NCBI GenBank assembly: GCA_963719515.1 | Contig: CAVRCJ010000001.1 | Coordinates: forward strand, 301,079-365,078 | Direction: 5' to 3' | DNA length: 64,000 nucleotides | Source: an uncultured cyanobacterium | GTDB lineage: Bacteria > Cyanobacteriota > Cyanobacteriia > CAKZMO01 | In this document: one piece after another, positions 1 through 8,893 of the stretch | Numbering within the stretch: position 1 is the first letter of the stretch | How the letters are laid out: each line of letters starts with the position of its first letter | Made by a program: the position numbers and the translations under genes | Notes under the pieces: model-generated | Databases searched by the model: none | Told to the model about the DNA's origin: nothing | Seen by the model: only the letters and a program-made list of their open reading frames with translations

Positions 1-221
1 CTTTAGACCAGCAGCTTGGCCCCGTGTTTCCTATTCGAATTCGCCTCGATAAGACGGCGATAGTCTTGAGCGATGACTCTTCGACCAGCGCCGCTCAAGC
101 GGTAGAGCTGATTCCCGGCATGAGCGCCACGGGGGAGGTGGTAACCCGGCGCAAGTCGGTGCTGACGTTTATGCTGGAGCCGATTACCCGCCGCTTTGGC
201 AGCGCCTTTTCGGTGCGGTGA
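1..221 (+). CDS. C-terminal end of HlyD-family membrane fusion protein (truncated by window edge)
   Basis: FPIRIRLD...LIPGMSATGEVVTRRKSVLTFMLEPI resembles the conserved HlyD C-terminus. Confidence 0.75.
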   Translation, partial: LDQQLGPVFPIRIRLDKTAIVLSDDSSTSAAQAVELIPGMSATGEVVTRRKSVLTFMLEPITRRFGSAFSVR

Positions 222-256
222 GGGTTCCCAAAGGAACCTTCACGGCTTGCGAGGTG

Positions 257-2413
257 CTAGGGAATCGCTATCGCCGGAACGCCCTGCGGCGCTGCAGCGG
301 GCCGTCCCTGCTCGACGGCTCCGCGCGGCGCGTGGACGACCACCATTGAGGTTCCCCAACAGCGGTGAGCAATGGCTTCCGGCAGCCGGCTACTGCTCAG
401 ATTGCCACCATAGCGGCGGTACTGATCGGGCAATACCAGTAGATCTTGGTTGCTCAGGAGTTCAGAGATACGCCCCGCGGGAGATCCTTCGGCAATTGAC
501 CAATCGACGCCTTCGGGAAGAGCGTCCACCCAAGCGGGGCGCTGACGAGCGCGGGGGCCACTGCGAACTAAGACAACCTTGAGCGGAGCCTTGAGCTGCT
601 CCGAGAGCTGCTGGGCTAGCTCTATGGAGAGCTGGGCGGCGGCAGAGAGCCGGCGGTCCATAGGCATGGCTAAGACAATCTGCTCTATCGTCTCGAGGGG
701 CTGCGGAAAGCGAGTCACCAGTACAGGAATAGACGCCTGCTGAAGAACCCGATCAATCACGCTGCCAAAGGTGCGATTGGCCTTCGACCACCCTTCAGAA
801 CCGCGGTGGTTAGATTGCCTCCAGCCACAGACAATTAGGCTGGCCCGATGCTCAATTCCAGCGCGCACAATGCCCTTGCTGGTGCTGTGGTCAACTCGGG
901 AAATAGTTTGCACATCTACCACAGCGCTGTGGGCTAAATCTTCGGCCTCGTCCAGCATACGCTGTTGGGCCATGTGCTGCTGGGGGGAAACAGGACCACG
1001 GCGATCGCTAAGGACATTGAGTGGTAGCAGCGTCCCGGCGGCTTGCTTGGAGAGCAGTATAGCCAGGTTCAGCAAATTGGCCTCGGTTTCCGCGTTAGCT
1101 ACGGGCACCAAAATACGCTTGCCCCAGTCTTGGACTGTGGAATCGCTCGCGGCGACAGGCTCCATACGGCTGCCCCAGCGCTGAGTAATCCAGGGAGAGG
1201 CAATACAGCTCACCAGAATCATGGCGATGACGCCATTCACCGTAGCTTCGTCCACAATTTTGAGGTTATAGGCGACGGTGATGGCCGCTAGGGTAGAGGC
1301 GGCTTGGGCTACAGACAAACCAAATACGGTCATCGAGCTGGCGGGAGACCAGCCGAAGAGCTTTCCAGAGACCCAAGCGGCGATGTACTTACTGAGCAGC
1401 TCTGCAGCCACAATAACGCCCGCTATCAGCAGCGACTTAGGCTCTTTCAAGAGCACCAGCGGGTTTACCAGCATGCCCACCGAGATCAAGAAGAAGGGAA
1501 CAAACAGGGTATTCCCAATGAACTGAATGCGGTTCATCAGCGGGCTGTGGTCGGGAATTTGCTGCGTGATGGCGACACCCACCAGAAAAGCGCCCACAAT
1601 AGGTTCGATTTCAATCAGACCCGCAATATAAGACACCACAAACAGCGCCACCAAAACAAAGACGAACTCAGCGCCTTCATCATGGCCAAATTTGACAAAG
1701 AACCAGCGCCCTAGGCGAGGCAGTCCCCACAGGGTCATGACGGTGAATACGATCAGCGAGGGAATGATGAAGAGCCAGAATCCTAGGGTTAACTCGCCAG
1801 ACTGAGCTTTAACCACGACCGCCAAAACAAGCAGCGCTAGCACATTCGTAATCAGCGTCCCGCCTAGGGTTGCCGTGACGGGGCGGGCCTTGGTAATCCC
1901 CAGCTGACTGAGCAGCGGTAAGGCGACTAAAGTGTGGGAGGCTAAGCAGGAGGCCACCAGCACCGCCGCGAGCCAGCTATAGCCCGCTAGCAGCATCGCT
2001 CCCGTTCCCAAAGCCATGGGAACTAGAAAGGTCAACAGGCCAAAGCCAATGGCGGGCTTAGCATTTTGCTTGAGGTCATCCAGGCTCGTTTCCAGGCCAC
2101 CCAAAAACATAAGAAATAGCAGCCCTACAGTCCCGAGCAGCACGATGGTTTCATCCCGAGCCAGTAGATTAGCTCCGTAGGGACCAACGGCCATTCCCGC
2201 CAGAATCAGGCCGACGATGCCCGGTAGCCCTAGCCGCTCAAACAGTAGCGGGGCGACCAGCATCATACCTACAATCACTAGGAAAATAGTGACCGGATCG
2301 TCGATGGGCAGGCGATCCAAGACATCAAACGGCAGGCTGAACGCCGCGGTTGGAGAAGCGCTCAAGCCGCTACAGCGCACCAGAAAAGCAGACATCCATA
2401 TCAAAGAAGACAT
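257..2413 (-). CDS. cation:proton antiporter (CPA2) with C-terminal universal stress protein domain
   Basis: Many hydrophobic helices, LLFLMFLGGLE and GAFLVG motifs; C-terminal RILVPVAN USP-like domain; start codon uncertain. Confidence 0.85.
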   Translation of the reverse strand: MSSLIWMSAFLVRCSGLSASPTAAFSLPFDVLDRLPIDDPVTIFLVIVGMMLVAPLLFERLGLPGIVGLILAGMAVGPYGANLLARDETIVLLGTVGLLFLMFLGGLETSLDDLKQNAKPAIGFGLLTFLVPMALGTGAMLLAGYSWLAAVLVASCLASHTLVALPLLSQLGITKARPVTATLGGTLITNVLALLVLAVVVKAQSGELTLGFWLFIIPSLIVFTVMTLWGLPRLGRWFFVKFGHDEGAEFVFVLVALFVVSYIAGLIEIEPIVGAFLVGVAITQQIPDHSPLMNRIQFIGNTLFVPFFLISVGMLVNPLVLLKEPKSLLIAGVIVAAELLSKYIAAWVSGKLFGWSPASSMTVFGLSVAQAASTLAAITVAYNLKIVDEATVNGVIAMILVSCIASPWITQRWGSRMEPVAASDSTVQDWGKRILVPVANAETEANLLNLAILLSKQAAGTLLPLNVLSDRRGPVSPQQHMAQQRMLDEAEDLAHSAVVDVQTISRVDHSTSKGIVRAGIEHRASLIVCGWRQSNHRGSEGWSKANRTFGSVIDRVLQQASIPVLVTRFPQPLETIEQIVLAMPMDRRLSAAAQLSIELAQQLSEQLKAPLKVVLVRSGPRARQRPAWVDALPEGVDWSIAEGSPAGRISELLSNQDLLVLPDQYRRYGGNLSSSRLPEAIAHRCWGTSMVVVHAPRGAVEQGRPAAAPQGVPAIAIP

Positions 2414-2767
2414 CTCTGCTCAATCCTTTGGCGATGGGCCAAGAAGTTGTTTAAAAAATCAGGCAGCCACTGGGTTCGAGCTTCCTCCCTAGAGAAGCAG
2501 TGGACCCTATCAATTTGAGTAAAGCTCTGCAGTAGCCCTATTCAGAACGGAGGTCCATTCGAGCAAGGTGGTCGCCATTATTACGCTATTTTCCGGCAGC
2601 TGCCTTGGGGAAGCTATCTCTCTAATGGCAGAATCGCGCCGTATTTGATAGCCGTGAAGCCTCTGCGGTGCGACAGTTGGCGACAATCGGCCCCTCCAAC
2701 ACGACTAAGCCGCATCCTCTAGTGACGTCCTCCCGACGCTGATGCTACGCATACAGCGCGGGCTTCC

Positions 2768-3965
2768 TCAGTGACTCCCAGCTACTGCTGAGACATTTCC
2801 TGAGAGATTAAGGGCTTGATGTCCCACAGCCCTATTCAATAGGTTGATAGCCGCGTTGTGGTCGCGACAGATCGTTAAGCCGCATGACGGGCAACTATGG
2901 ACCCGATCGGCCAGCGTCTTTGGTACCCGCTCACCACAACCCGAGCAATCAATGCTGGTTCCGCGTGGGTTCTCAGCGATGGTCATCTTTCCAGCTTTCG
3001 CGGCTTTGAAAGAGCCTATCTCCAAGAATGTACCCCATGCGGCATCAGCGATTGACTTTGCCAGTCTGGTTCGAGCAAGTCCTTTGATGTTGAGCTTTTC
3101 ATGAGCGACAACATCGTACTTTGAGAACAGCCAATCCCACACCTTAGAAAAGAAATCACGACGCTGACGCGATATCTTTAGGTGTAGTTTGGCGATGCGA
3201 TTCACCTGCTTACGCCAGCGGTTAGAGCCCTTCTTCTGTCTCGATAGCTGCCGCTGCAGCTTGGATAGCTGCCGCTCTGAGCGTCGAAAGAACTGAGGGA
3301 TAGGAACGCTCTCACCGTCACTGGTAACCAAGAAATCCTTCAGCCCAACGTCAACACCGACAGACTTAGCCCTATCGACATCCGGAGTAAGCATCGGAAC
3401 GGCATTGTTTTCCAGTAACAGGCTCACATACCAACCATCTGCTTTGCGAGTCACCTTGGCCGTTTTGACAGTAAACCCATCAGGTATCGGGCGATGAAGG
3501 ATTAGCTTCACCTGGCCAATCTTAGGCAGGGTAATACGACTTCCATCGATGCAGTCAGGTTTTATCTGCGGGAACGTGAACGTCCTGTAGCGCCCCGCGC
3601 CTTTGAACCGAGGCTTGCCGCTACGCTTACCGTTTTTATCACCTTTGATGAAACGCTCGAACGTCTGCTTTACCTGCTTCGTCACCTCCTGAAGCGCTTG
3701 TGAGTGCAAATCTTTGTACCAGGGCCGCTCTCGCTTGAGAGGGTACTAGGCTAGCCTTCTGGCTGTAGTAATTAGGATTATCTTTGAGTGGCGCAAGGCT
3801 ACAGGTGAGTGGGCAGGCGTTGACCGAACAGCGGTTCATCTCCCACCAGTCGAAGCGCTCAGCCAGCAACCAGTTGTACTGTGCCCGAAGCATGTCTAGC
3901 CATCGGGTCATAGTAACCGTTTGCTCAGCCGTTGGGCGTAACCTGTACTGATGGGTGATTTTCAC
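2768..3965 (-). pseudogene. tnpB: TnpB RNA-guided nuclease, frameshifted near 3740
   Basis: N-terminal HQYRLRPT ORF (3639-3977) and C-terminal ORF (2768-3709) join as SLVP-LKRERPWYKDLHSQ if 1 nt is removed; RuvC GVDVG / HEKLNI / RDHNAA and Zn finger present. Confidence 0.85.
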
Positions 3966-4018
3966 TACTGCATCCAAGTCAGTGATATCATAATAGCATA
4001 CGCTGATTTCGATGCACC

Positions 4019-4498
4019 ATGAAAAATGACTTTGTTTCTAACGGTCGCTCAATTTCAGACCTTAAGGCCCATCTGGTTTTGACGACGAAATACTGCCGTA
4101 AGGTTTTTACCGAAGAAATGATACGGCGACTTCTAGAGATTGTCGGAGATCTGTGCGAGAAGTGGGACTGCAAGATGATTGAGTTCAACGGAGAGGCCGA
4201 CCACGTTCATCTGCTGTTTCAGTATTATCCGCAGATGGAGCTACCCAAGTTCGTCAGTAATTTGAAGTCTGTTTCCAGCCGCAGGCTGAGGTCGGAGTTC
4301 GCAGAGCGAGTAGACCAGTTCTACTGGCAGTCTGTTCTCTGGAACGAATCGTACTTTATCGCCAGTTGTGGCGGGGTCACTGTCTCTGTGCTGAAACGGT
4401 ACATTGAGCAGCAGGACGCCCCGGAGATGGGTGCTTCTGGGGCATTGAACCCCGTCAGCACCCGCGACTCTCATCCCGACGCTCACCCTAGCGGGTAG
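4019..4498 (+). CDS. tnpA: IS200/IS605 TnpA Y1 (HUH) transposase
   Basis: HLVLTTKY, EADHVHLL (HUH), LWNESYF and YIEQQ motifs. Confidence 0.93.
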   Translation: MKNDFVSNGRSISDLKAHLVLTTKYCRKVFTEEMIRRLLEIVGDLCEKWDCKMIEFNGEADHVHLLFQYYPQMELPKFVSNLKSVSSRRLRSEFAERVDQFYWQSVLWNESYFIASCGGVTVSVLKRYIEQQDAPEMGASGALNPVSTRDSHPDAHPSG

Positions 4499-5099
4499 AT
4501 CGCGGGGCTTCCCGTCTAGCAGCTAAATGTCCAGCCGCGATCGCCTTCTCAACCATCTCCAGCACCCAAGGCCACAGGGCCGGCGTCCCCACTTCCACCG
4601 CCGCCATCCGTCCCATCACCTGCGCCCGCGTAATCGACTGCCCCCGCCAGGTGCCCCCCGCCGTGTACTGGTTGTGCAAAAACGGCTGAATTCGGTCCAG
4701 CGCTGCCGCGAACTGGGCCTCTGGCGTGCCTTGAGCCTCAAACTCGTCCCACGCTGTCCGAAAAGACTGCGCTAGGTCTGTGGGCAGTAGACCGAACAGC
4801 CGGTCCGCGGCCTTCGCCTCCCGCTCTGCTTTGCCGACGTTGCCCGCTTCGTCGTAGCAAAAGACGTCCCCTGCGTCAATCTCTACGACGTCGTGCAGCA
4901 GCAGCATGGTCATGACCCGCTGTAAATCCACAGGGGTAGGGGCGTATTCTGCCAGTACGAGCGCCATCACCGCGATCTGCCAGGAGTGCTCAGCGCTGTT
5001 TTCCCGCCGAGAATCGTCGATCAGGCGCGTTTGACGTAGGACAGTCTTTAGCTTGTCGAGTTCGGCGATGAACTGGAGCTGCTGGGCGAATCGACTCAT
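4488..5099 (-). CDS. HD-domain phosphohydrolase
   Basis: RRENSAEHSW, LLLHDVVEIDAGD and AAALDRIQP motifs. Confidence 0.88.
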   Translation of the reverse strand: MSRFAQQLQFIAELDKLKTVLRQTRLIDDSRRENSAEHSWQIAVMALVLAEYAPTPVDLQRVMTMLLLHDVVEIDAGDVFCYDEAGNVGKAEREAKAADRLFGLLPTDLAQSFRTAWDEFEAQGTPEAQFAAALDRIQPFLHNQYTAGGTWRGQSITRAQVMGRMAAVEVGTPALWPWVLEMVEKAIAAGHLAARREAPRSTR

Positions 5100-5197
5100 G
5101 GGATGGACCCTGTTGGCGTTTTGGGTACTGTACTACGCTGGAGGCGCTGCAGGCTGGCGTTAAGGTCACGCATGACGTGAGTGGACCCGGCGAAACG

Positions 5198-6118
5198 CTA
5201 ACCCTTGCACCACTGCTCCACCTGCTCTAAGAACGCAAACACCGCCGGAGCGTGCATTACCTCCGACAGCGTGGCCGCCGCCAGCGTTCGGGTCAGCGGC
5301 TGAGGCAGGTGGCGAACCCTCACCGTCTCAGGAATGGGCAGGGCAGCGTAGCGCGGCAAAACGGCCATTCCCAGGCCTTGGGCCACCAGGCTAACAATCA
5401 TGGCGTCTTCGTTGATTTCGTAAGCCACCGTCAGAGGCACCTCTGCCTGTTGAAGATACTGCCGCAGCGCCGCGTAGCCGCCATCGTTGGCCGCTGGCAT
5501 AATCAGGTCATATTGACCCATCTCCTGCCAGGAAATGGGCTTCTCGTAGCCCAAAGGGGACGGCGGTTCGTTGGAAATACCGGGCGGCAGCAGAGCCACG
5601 TAGTCGTCCTCGCAAATGGCGCAGACCGTCAGCCCCTCGGTGTCATAGATATCCATCAGGCCCACGTCCGCAGTGCGATCGCGGAGGGCTTGGTGAACGC
5701 CGTGGTAATCAAAGCACTTAGAGACCGTGACGTTGAGCTGGGGATGCTGCTGGTGAAATGCCGCTAGCACCGGAGGAAGCCAGTGGGTGGCGAGGCTGCG
5801 GATAGAAACGATGCGCACCTGACCGGCATCTAGACCCCGCGCCTGGTGGGCGGTTTTTACCACCGCATCGAGGCGCTCTAGAATCGAGTGAATGTCCTGC
5901 AGGACAGCTTCCCCCGTGGTGGTGAGAGTAGCGCCTAGACGCCCGCGAAACAGCAGCTCTACTCCCAAAATTTCTTCTAAGGAGGCGATCGCGTGGCTGA
6001 CAGACGATTGAGTCACGCCTAGCTCTAGCGCGGCTCTACCAAAGCTACCGCACTGGGCCACGGCGACAAGGGCTCGAAGCTGAGATAACTTAAGCTTGGA
6101 GCTATCAATTTGATTCAT
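5198..6118 (-). CDS. LysR-family transcriptional regulator
   Basis: N-terminal HTH SFGRAALELGVTQSSVSHAIASLE plus substrate-binding domain; ATG at 6118 preferred. Confidence 0.92.
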   Translation of the reverse strand: MNQIDSSKLKLSQLRALVAVAQCGSFGRAALELGVTQSSVSHAIASLEEILGVELLFRGRLGATLTTTGEAVLQDIHSILERLDAVVKTAHQARGLDAGQVRIVSIRSLATHWLPPVLAAFHQQHPQLNVTVSKCFDYHGVHQALRDRTADVGLMDIYDTEGLTVCAICEDDYVALLPPGISNEPPSPLGYEKPISWQEMGQYDLIMPAANDGGYAALRQYLQQAEVPLTVAYEINEDAMIVSLVAQGLGMAVLPRYAALPIPETVRVRHLPQPLTRTLAAATLSEVMHAPAVFAFLEQVEQWCKG

Positions 6119-6269
6119 GGGGCCTATCGATGGCGTGGGTTGATGCACCGCGGAAACATCTAATATGGTGTCTCACAATAGCTGTACATCGGGGCCTGCA
6201 GGCTCATCGTGCTTACCGAGCTGCCAGGCCAGTTACCCTCAAACCATCTGTAGCGATATTCTATCCTTG

Positions 6270-7637
6270 AACAGAATCGCGGCAGTCCCTAATCTCAGCG
6301 AAGCGGATTAGGGAAGGATAGCGCGTGAGCGTAGCGAACATAGTACGATTGTCTCAGTGCATACATCGAGTTATGGCAACACGCCGTGTAACGTATAGGC
6401 TCTACCCGACGACCCAGCAAGGGGCGATGCTGTTCGAGTGGCGGCGTCTTCATGCCTACCTGTACAACGCCTGCATAGAGCACCGCCGCACCAGCTACAA
6501 ACAGCACGGGCAGTCTGTGGGCTACATCGACCAGCAAAACCTGCTACCTGCATTCAAGGAGTGCTGGCCAGAGTACAAAGCTTTGGGCAGTCATGCTTTG
6601 CAGGCTACGGTCAAGCGAGTAGACTTTGCGTTTCAGCGGTTCTTCAAAGGGCTAGGGAAGTATCCCAAGTTCAAGTCGATACGGCTGTTCTCTGGCTGGA
6701 CCTATCCGTGCGGTTCTGGCTGGAAGGCGCTAAGCGATGGCATCAATGGTTGCCTGCAGCTATCAAACTTGGGCAAGATTCGGATGCGAGGACAAGCTCG
6801 TACCTGGGGGAGACCGACAACCTGCACGATTGTCTACCGGCCAAGTGAAGGGAAGTGGTACGCCTCCATCACCGTGGCGTGCAGCCCAGAGCGCCAAACC
6901 GCTGGCGGTGCTGTCGGGATAGACTTAGGCTGCACTAATGCGGTGTCGTTCTCAGACGGCACCAAAGAGGAAAAGCCTGAGTTCATCAAAGCGGGCGATG
7001 TCGCGGTTAAGCAGGCCTGCAAGGTGCTGCGCCGCAAACGCAGGCCCAACCGCAAGCAGGGCGTCAAAGCCTCTAACCGCTGGCGCAAAGCCAGACGCAA
7101 AGTTTCCAAGATTCAACGCAAGGTAGCCAACCAGCGAGCGGATTGGTTGCACAAGCTCACCAGCAACATAGTTAGCCGTAATAGCCTAGTCGCCGGAGAG
7201 CAGCTTAACGTCAAGGGCATGACCCGCAAGGCCCGCAAAGGCAAGCGGAAACGTCAAAAGGCCGGTCTCAATCGCTCAATCCTGTCGGTGGGGTTTGCAA
7301 GGGTTAGACCGCTGCTGTCCTACAAGGAAGCTGAGGCGGGCGGATTCTATCTGGAGTCTCCTACCCGGCAGCTCAAGCCGTCCCAGCGCTGCGCTCAGTG
7401 CTGGGAGCTGACGCCCAAGACGTTGAGCGACCGTATCCACCGATGCCAACACTGCGGCCATACCGAAGACCGCGATACCAATGCTGCTCAGGTCAATCTG
7501 ATCTGGGCACGGGGGCAGGAATCTTCCCTCGCAAGCGCTGAGCCGCCTAGCTCTACCAACTGCGGAAGCATGAGGCAACTAGGGGCAATGAAGCGCACGA
7601 AACACCTAGCTCAGCGTAGCGGTTAGGTGTAGTTCAT
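6270..7637 (+). mobile_element. Non-autonomous tnpB-only element (IS1341-like)
   Basis: Left hairpin tccctaatc...gattaggga (~6286-6313); right hairpin acacctagc...gttaggtgt followed by agttcat (end 7637); no tnpA; left boundary approximate. Confidence 0.7.
6373..7626 (+). CDS. tnpB: TnpB RNA-guided endonuclease, apparently intact
   Basis: TYRLYPT N-terminus; RuvC GIDLG / AGEQLNV / DRDTNAA; CAQC...CQHC Zn finger. Confidence 0.92.
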   Translation: MATRRVTYRLYPTTQQGAMLFEWRRLHAYLYNACIEHRRTSYKQHGQSVGYIDQQNLLPAFKECWPEYKALGSHALQATVKRVDFAFQRFFKGLGKYPKFKSIRLFSGWTYPCGSGWKALSDGINGCLQLSNLGKIRMRGQARTWGRPTTCTIVYRPSEGKWYASITVACSPERQTAGGAVGIDLGCTNAVSFSDGTKEEKPEFIKAGDVAVKQACKVLRRKRRPNRKQGVKASNRWRKARRKVSKIQRKVANQRADWLHKLTSNIVSRNSLVAGEQLNVKGMTRKARKGKRKRQKAGLNRSILSVGFARVRPLLSYKEAEAGGFYLESPTRQLKPSQRCAQCWELTPKTLSDRIHRCQHCGHTEDRDTNAAQVNLIWARGQESSLASAEPPSSTNCGSMRQLGAMKRTKHLAQRSG

Positions 7638-7732
7638 ACCCTATGTTGCCTATCAAATGTTGCCTACCAAATTAGATCAAAGACCAGCTACGCAGAGCGA
7701 TCGCACCGTAGCCGCCCCGAAGCGAATCTAGC

Positions 7733-8638
7733 ATGACCAACGCCAAAGCCGCTCCTCCCGCCGCCAGTCCCTTGCTCTATGCCAAGCTGTCGGCCATGAC
7801 CGTAATTTGGGGCGGTACCTTTATCGCTGGTCGGGTCGTCACCCAAACCCTCGGCCCCTTTTCCGCTGCCTTTTGCCGCTACGCGATCGCTACCCTACTG
7901 CTGCTACTTCTTACCCGCCGCGTCGAAGGCCGCTTGCCCCCTCTAAAACAGGCTCAGCTTTTACCCCTGGTCATCTTAGGGCTAACGGGGGTATTTGCCT
8001 ACAACGCCCTGTTTTTTCTAGGGCTAGAGCGCATCCCGGCCGGACGTGCCTCCCTCATTGTCACAACCAATCCGACAATGATTGCGTTGGGAGCTGCGAT
8101 CTTTTTTCGCCATCCTCTGACGCCGCTGCGGATTTTGGGCATTGCCTTGGGGCTGATGGGGGCAGTGACGGTGATTACTGACGGTGCCCCCTGGGCGATT
8201 TTGCACTCAGGCGTCAGCTTGGGAGATCTGTACCTGGTGGGCTGCGTGTTTTCCTGGGCGGCATACTCCCTAGTAGGCAAAGCCGTGATGGACACCCTGT
8301 CGCCCTTTGCCGCCATTACCTACGCCTGCCTTGTGGGAACGCCGCTGCTGCTGGGGCCTGCCCTGAGGGAAGGACTGATTGGGGATGTCGTTACCGCCTC
8401 GCCCGCGCTCTGGCTCAATGTCCTGTATCTGGCCGTGCTGGGGACGGTGGTGGCCTTCTACTGGTACTATCAGGGGCTAAAGATTCTGGGACCGGCCCGC
8501 GCCTCGATTTTCATTAACTTTGTGCCGGTGGTGGCAGTGCTGCTGGCGGCGGTGCTGCTGGGGGAGCCGCTATCGGTGTCGCTGCTGGTGGGAGGAGCCT
8601 TAGTGGTAATGGGAGTGTTTTTGACGAACCGATACTGA
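7733..8638 (+). CDS. DMT/EamA-family transporter
   Basis: About 10 hydrophobic helices in two repeats; IWGGTF and LLGEPL motifs. Confidence 0.9.
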   Translation: MTNAKAAPPAASPLLYAKLSAMTVIWGGTFIAGRVVTQTLGPFSAAFCRYAIATLLLLLLTRRVEGRLPPLKQAQLLPLVILGLTGVFAYNALFFLGLERIPAGRASLIVTTNPTMIALGAAIFFRHPLTPLRILGIALGLMGAVTVITDGAPWAILHSGVSLGDLYLVGCVFSWAAYSLVGKAVMDTLSPFAAITYACLVGTPLLLGPALREGLIGDVVTASPALWLNVLYLAVLGTVVAFYWYYQGLKILGPARASIFINFVPVVAVLLAAVLLGEPLSVSLLVGGALVVMGVFLTNRY

Positions 8639-8893
8639 AACGGAGAGCAGGAGAGCTGCCCAAAACGATTTCCGGTCATAAGGGAGCCAATGAATAGCCC
8701 CATATCAGTCCCTACCCCATAGGCTTAGCGATAAAGGAGTTGAACATTGAGGGGACCACGAGCGGGTTTTACGCAACGCGCAATTCTAATTCTTGCGGAG
8801 CAGGATGCCCAGCGCTAGGGGGTATTCTACTAAGGCCTCAATCCATTGACGTCGGCCTTGCGCAACGCGCTAATAGTGAGCCAATATCATCAA

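Larger units (their letters stand above)
2722..4520. mobile_element. IS200/IS605-family element with divergent tnpA and tnpB
   Basis: Related subterminal hairpins cccgacgct...cgcgggcttcc at ~2732-2766 and ~4475-4512; tnpB-side end finishes GTCAC on the minus strand at 2722; the other boundary is approximate. Confidence 0.8.
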
